NCBI GenBank assembly: GCA_902615745.1
Contig: CACMQB010000005.1
Location: 25,991-89,990, forward strand
DNA length: 64,000 nt
Direction: 5' to 3'
DNA from: an uncultured Alphaproteobacteria bacterium
GTDB taxonomy: Bacteria > Pseudomonadota > Alphaproteobacteria > HIMB59 > GCA-002718135
A program made the translations under genes and the position numbers. The notes below the pieces were generated by a model. It had not been told where the DNA came from. It did not search any database and saw nothing but the letters and a program-made list of their open reading frames with translations. This document shows, piece after piece, positions 57,296-64,000 of the stretch. Within the stretch, counting starts at the first letter, position 1, and each line of letters starts with the position of its first letter.

Positions 57296-64000
<6,705 letters not shown>

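Overview
This 64 kb window is strongly AT-rich and very tightly packed. Intergenic spacers are mostly under 100 nt, and many start/stop codons overlap. The content looks like core chromosome of a streamlined marine alphaproteobacterium. A SAR11/Pelagibacterales-type genome is my inference from composition, packing and protein sequences. I had no search tools, so all calls rest on motifs I recognise in the supplied translations and on my own reading of the DNA.

Gene content, left to right:
- A THF-linked one-carbon oxidation block: soxA (partial), soxD, soxB, fhs and a metF-like gene.
- trhO and rpmG.
- A photolyase-led operon carrying an FAD oxidoreductase, DUF1365, a CFA-synthase-like methyltransferase and DUF2878.
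- trcR-like, DUF1192 and rpmE genes.
- A tkt-gap-(unknown)-efp-suhB string.
- zapA-like, 5-formyl-THF cyclo-ligase, ymdB-like and yebC genes.
- A small PD-(D/E)xK nuclease-like ORF in the place where ruvCAB/ybgC normally sit, followed by tolQRAB-pal-cpoB-tilS-ftsH-glmM-hisZ-purA.
- rpoH, rluD, xseB, tlyA, aroC, fabI and pdxH.
- A membrane/exporter operon: YeiH-type, TauE/SafE, a small TM ORF, TIGR02186-like, Usp, pyrE and a cytidylyltransferase.
- A molybdenum-cofactor / NAD-formate dehydrogenase island: mobA, fdhD, a lone TupB-like permease, mobB, moeA, tusA-like, fused fdsGB and fdsA.
- The classic tRNA-Thr / rlmB / tRNA-Tyr / tRNA-Gly / tuf / tRNA-Trp / secE-nusG-rplKAJL-rpoBC region, with rpoC running off the right edge.

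I found no rRNA, CRISPR array, transposase, integrase or prophage-like content.

No clear-cut novel system is visible. The best candidates for under-described biology are:
- the photolyase-coupled lipid-modification operon,
- the small nuclease at the ruvC position,
- the TauE / TM / TIGR02186 / Usp membrane module,
- the unusual architecture of the Moco/FDH island.
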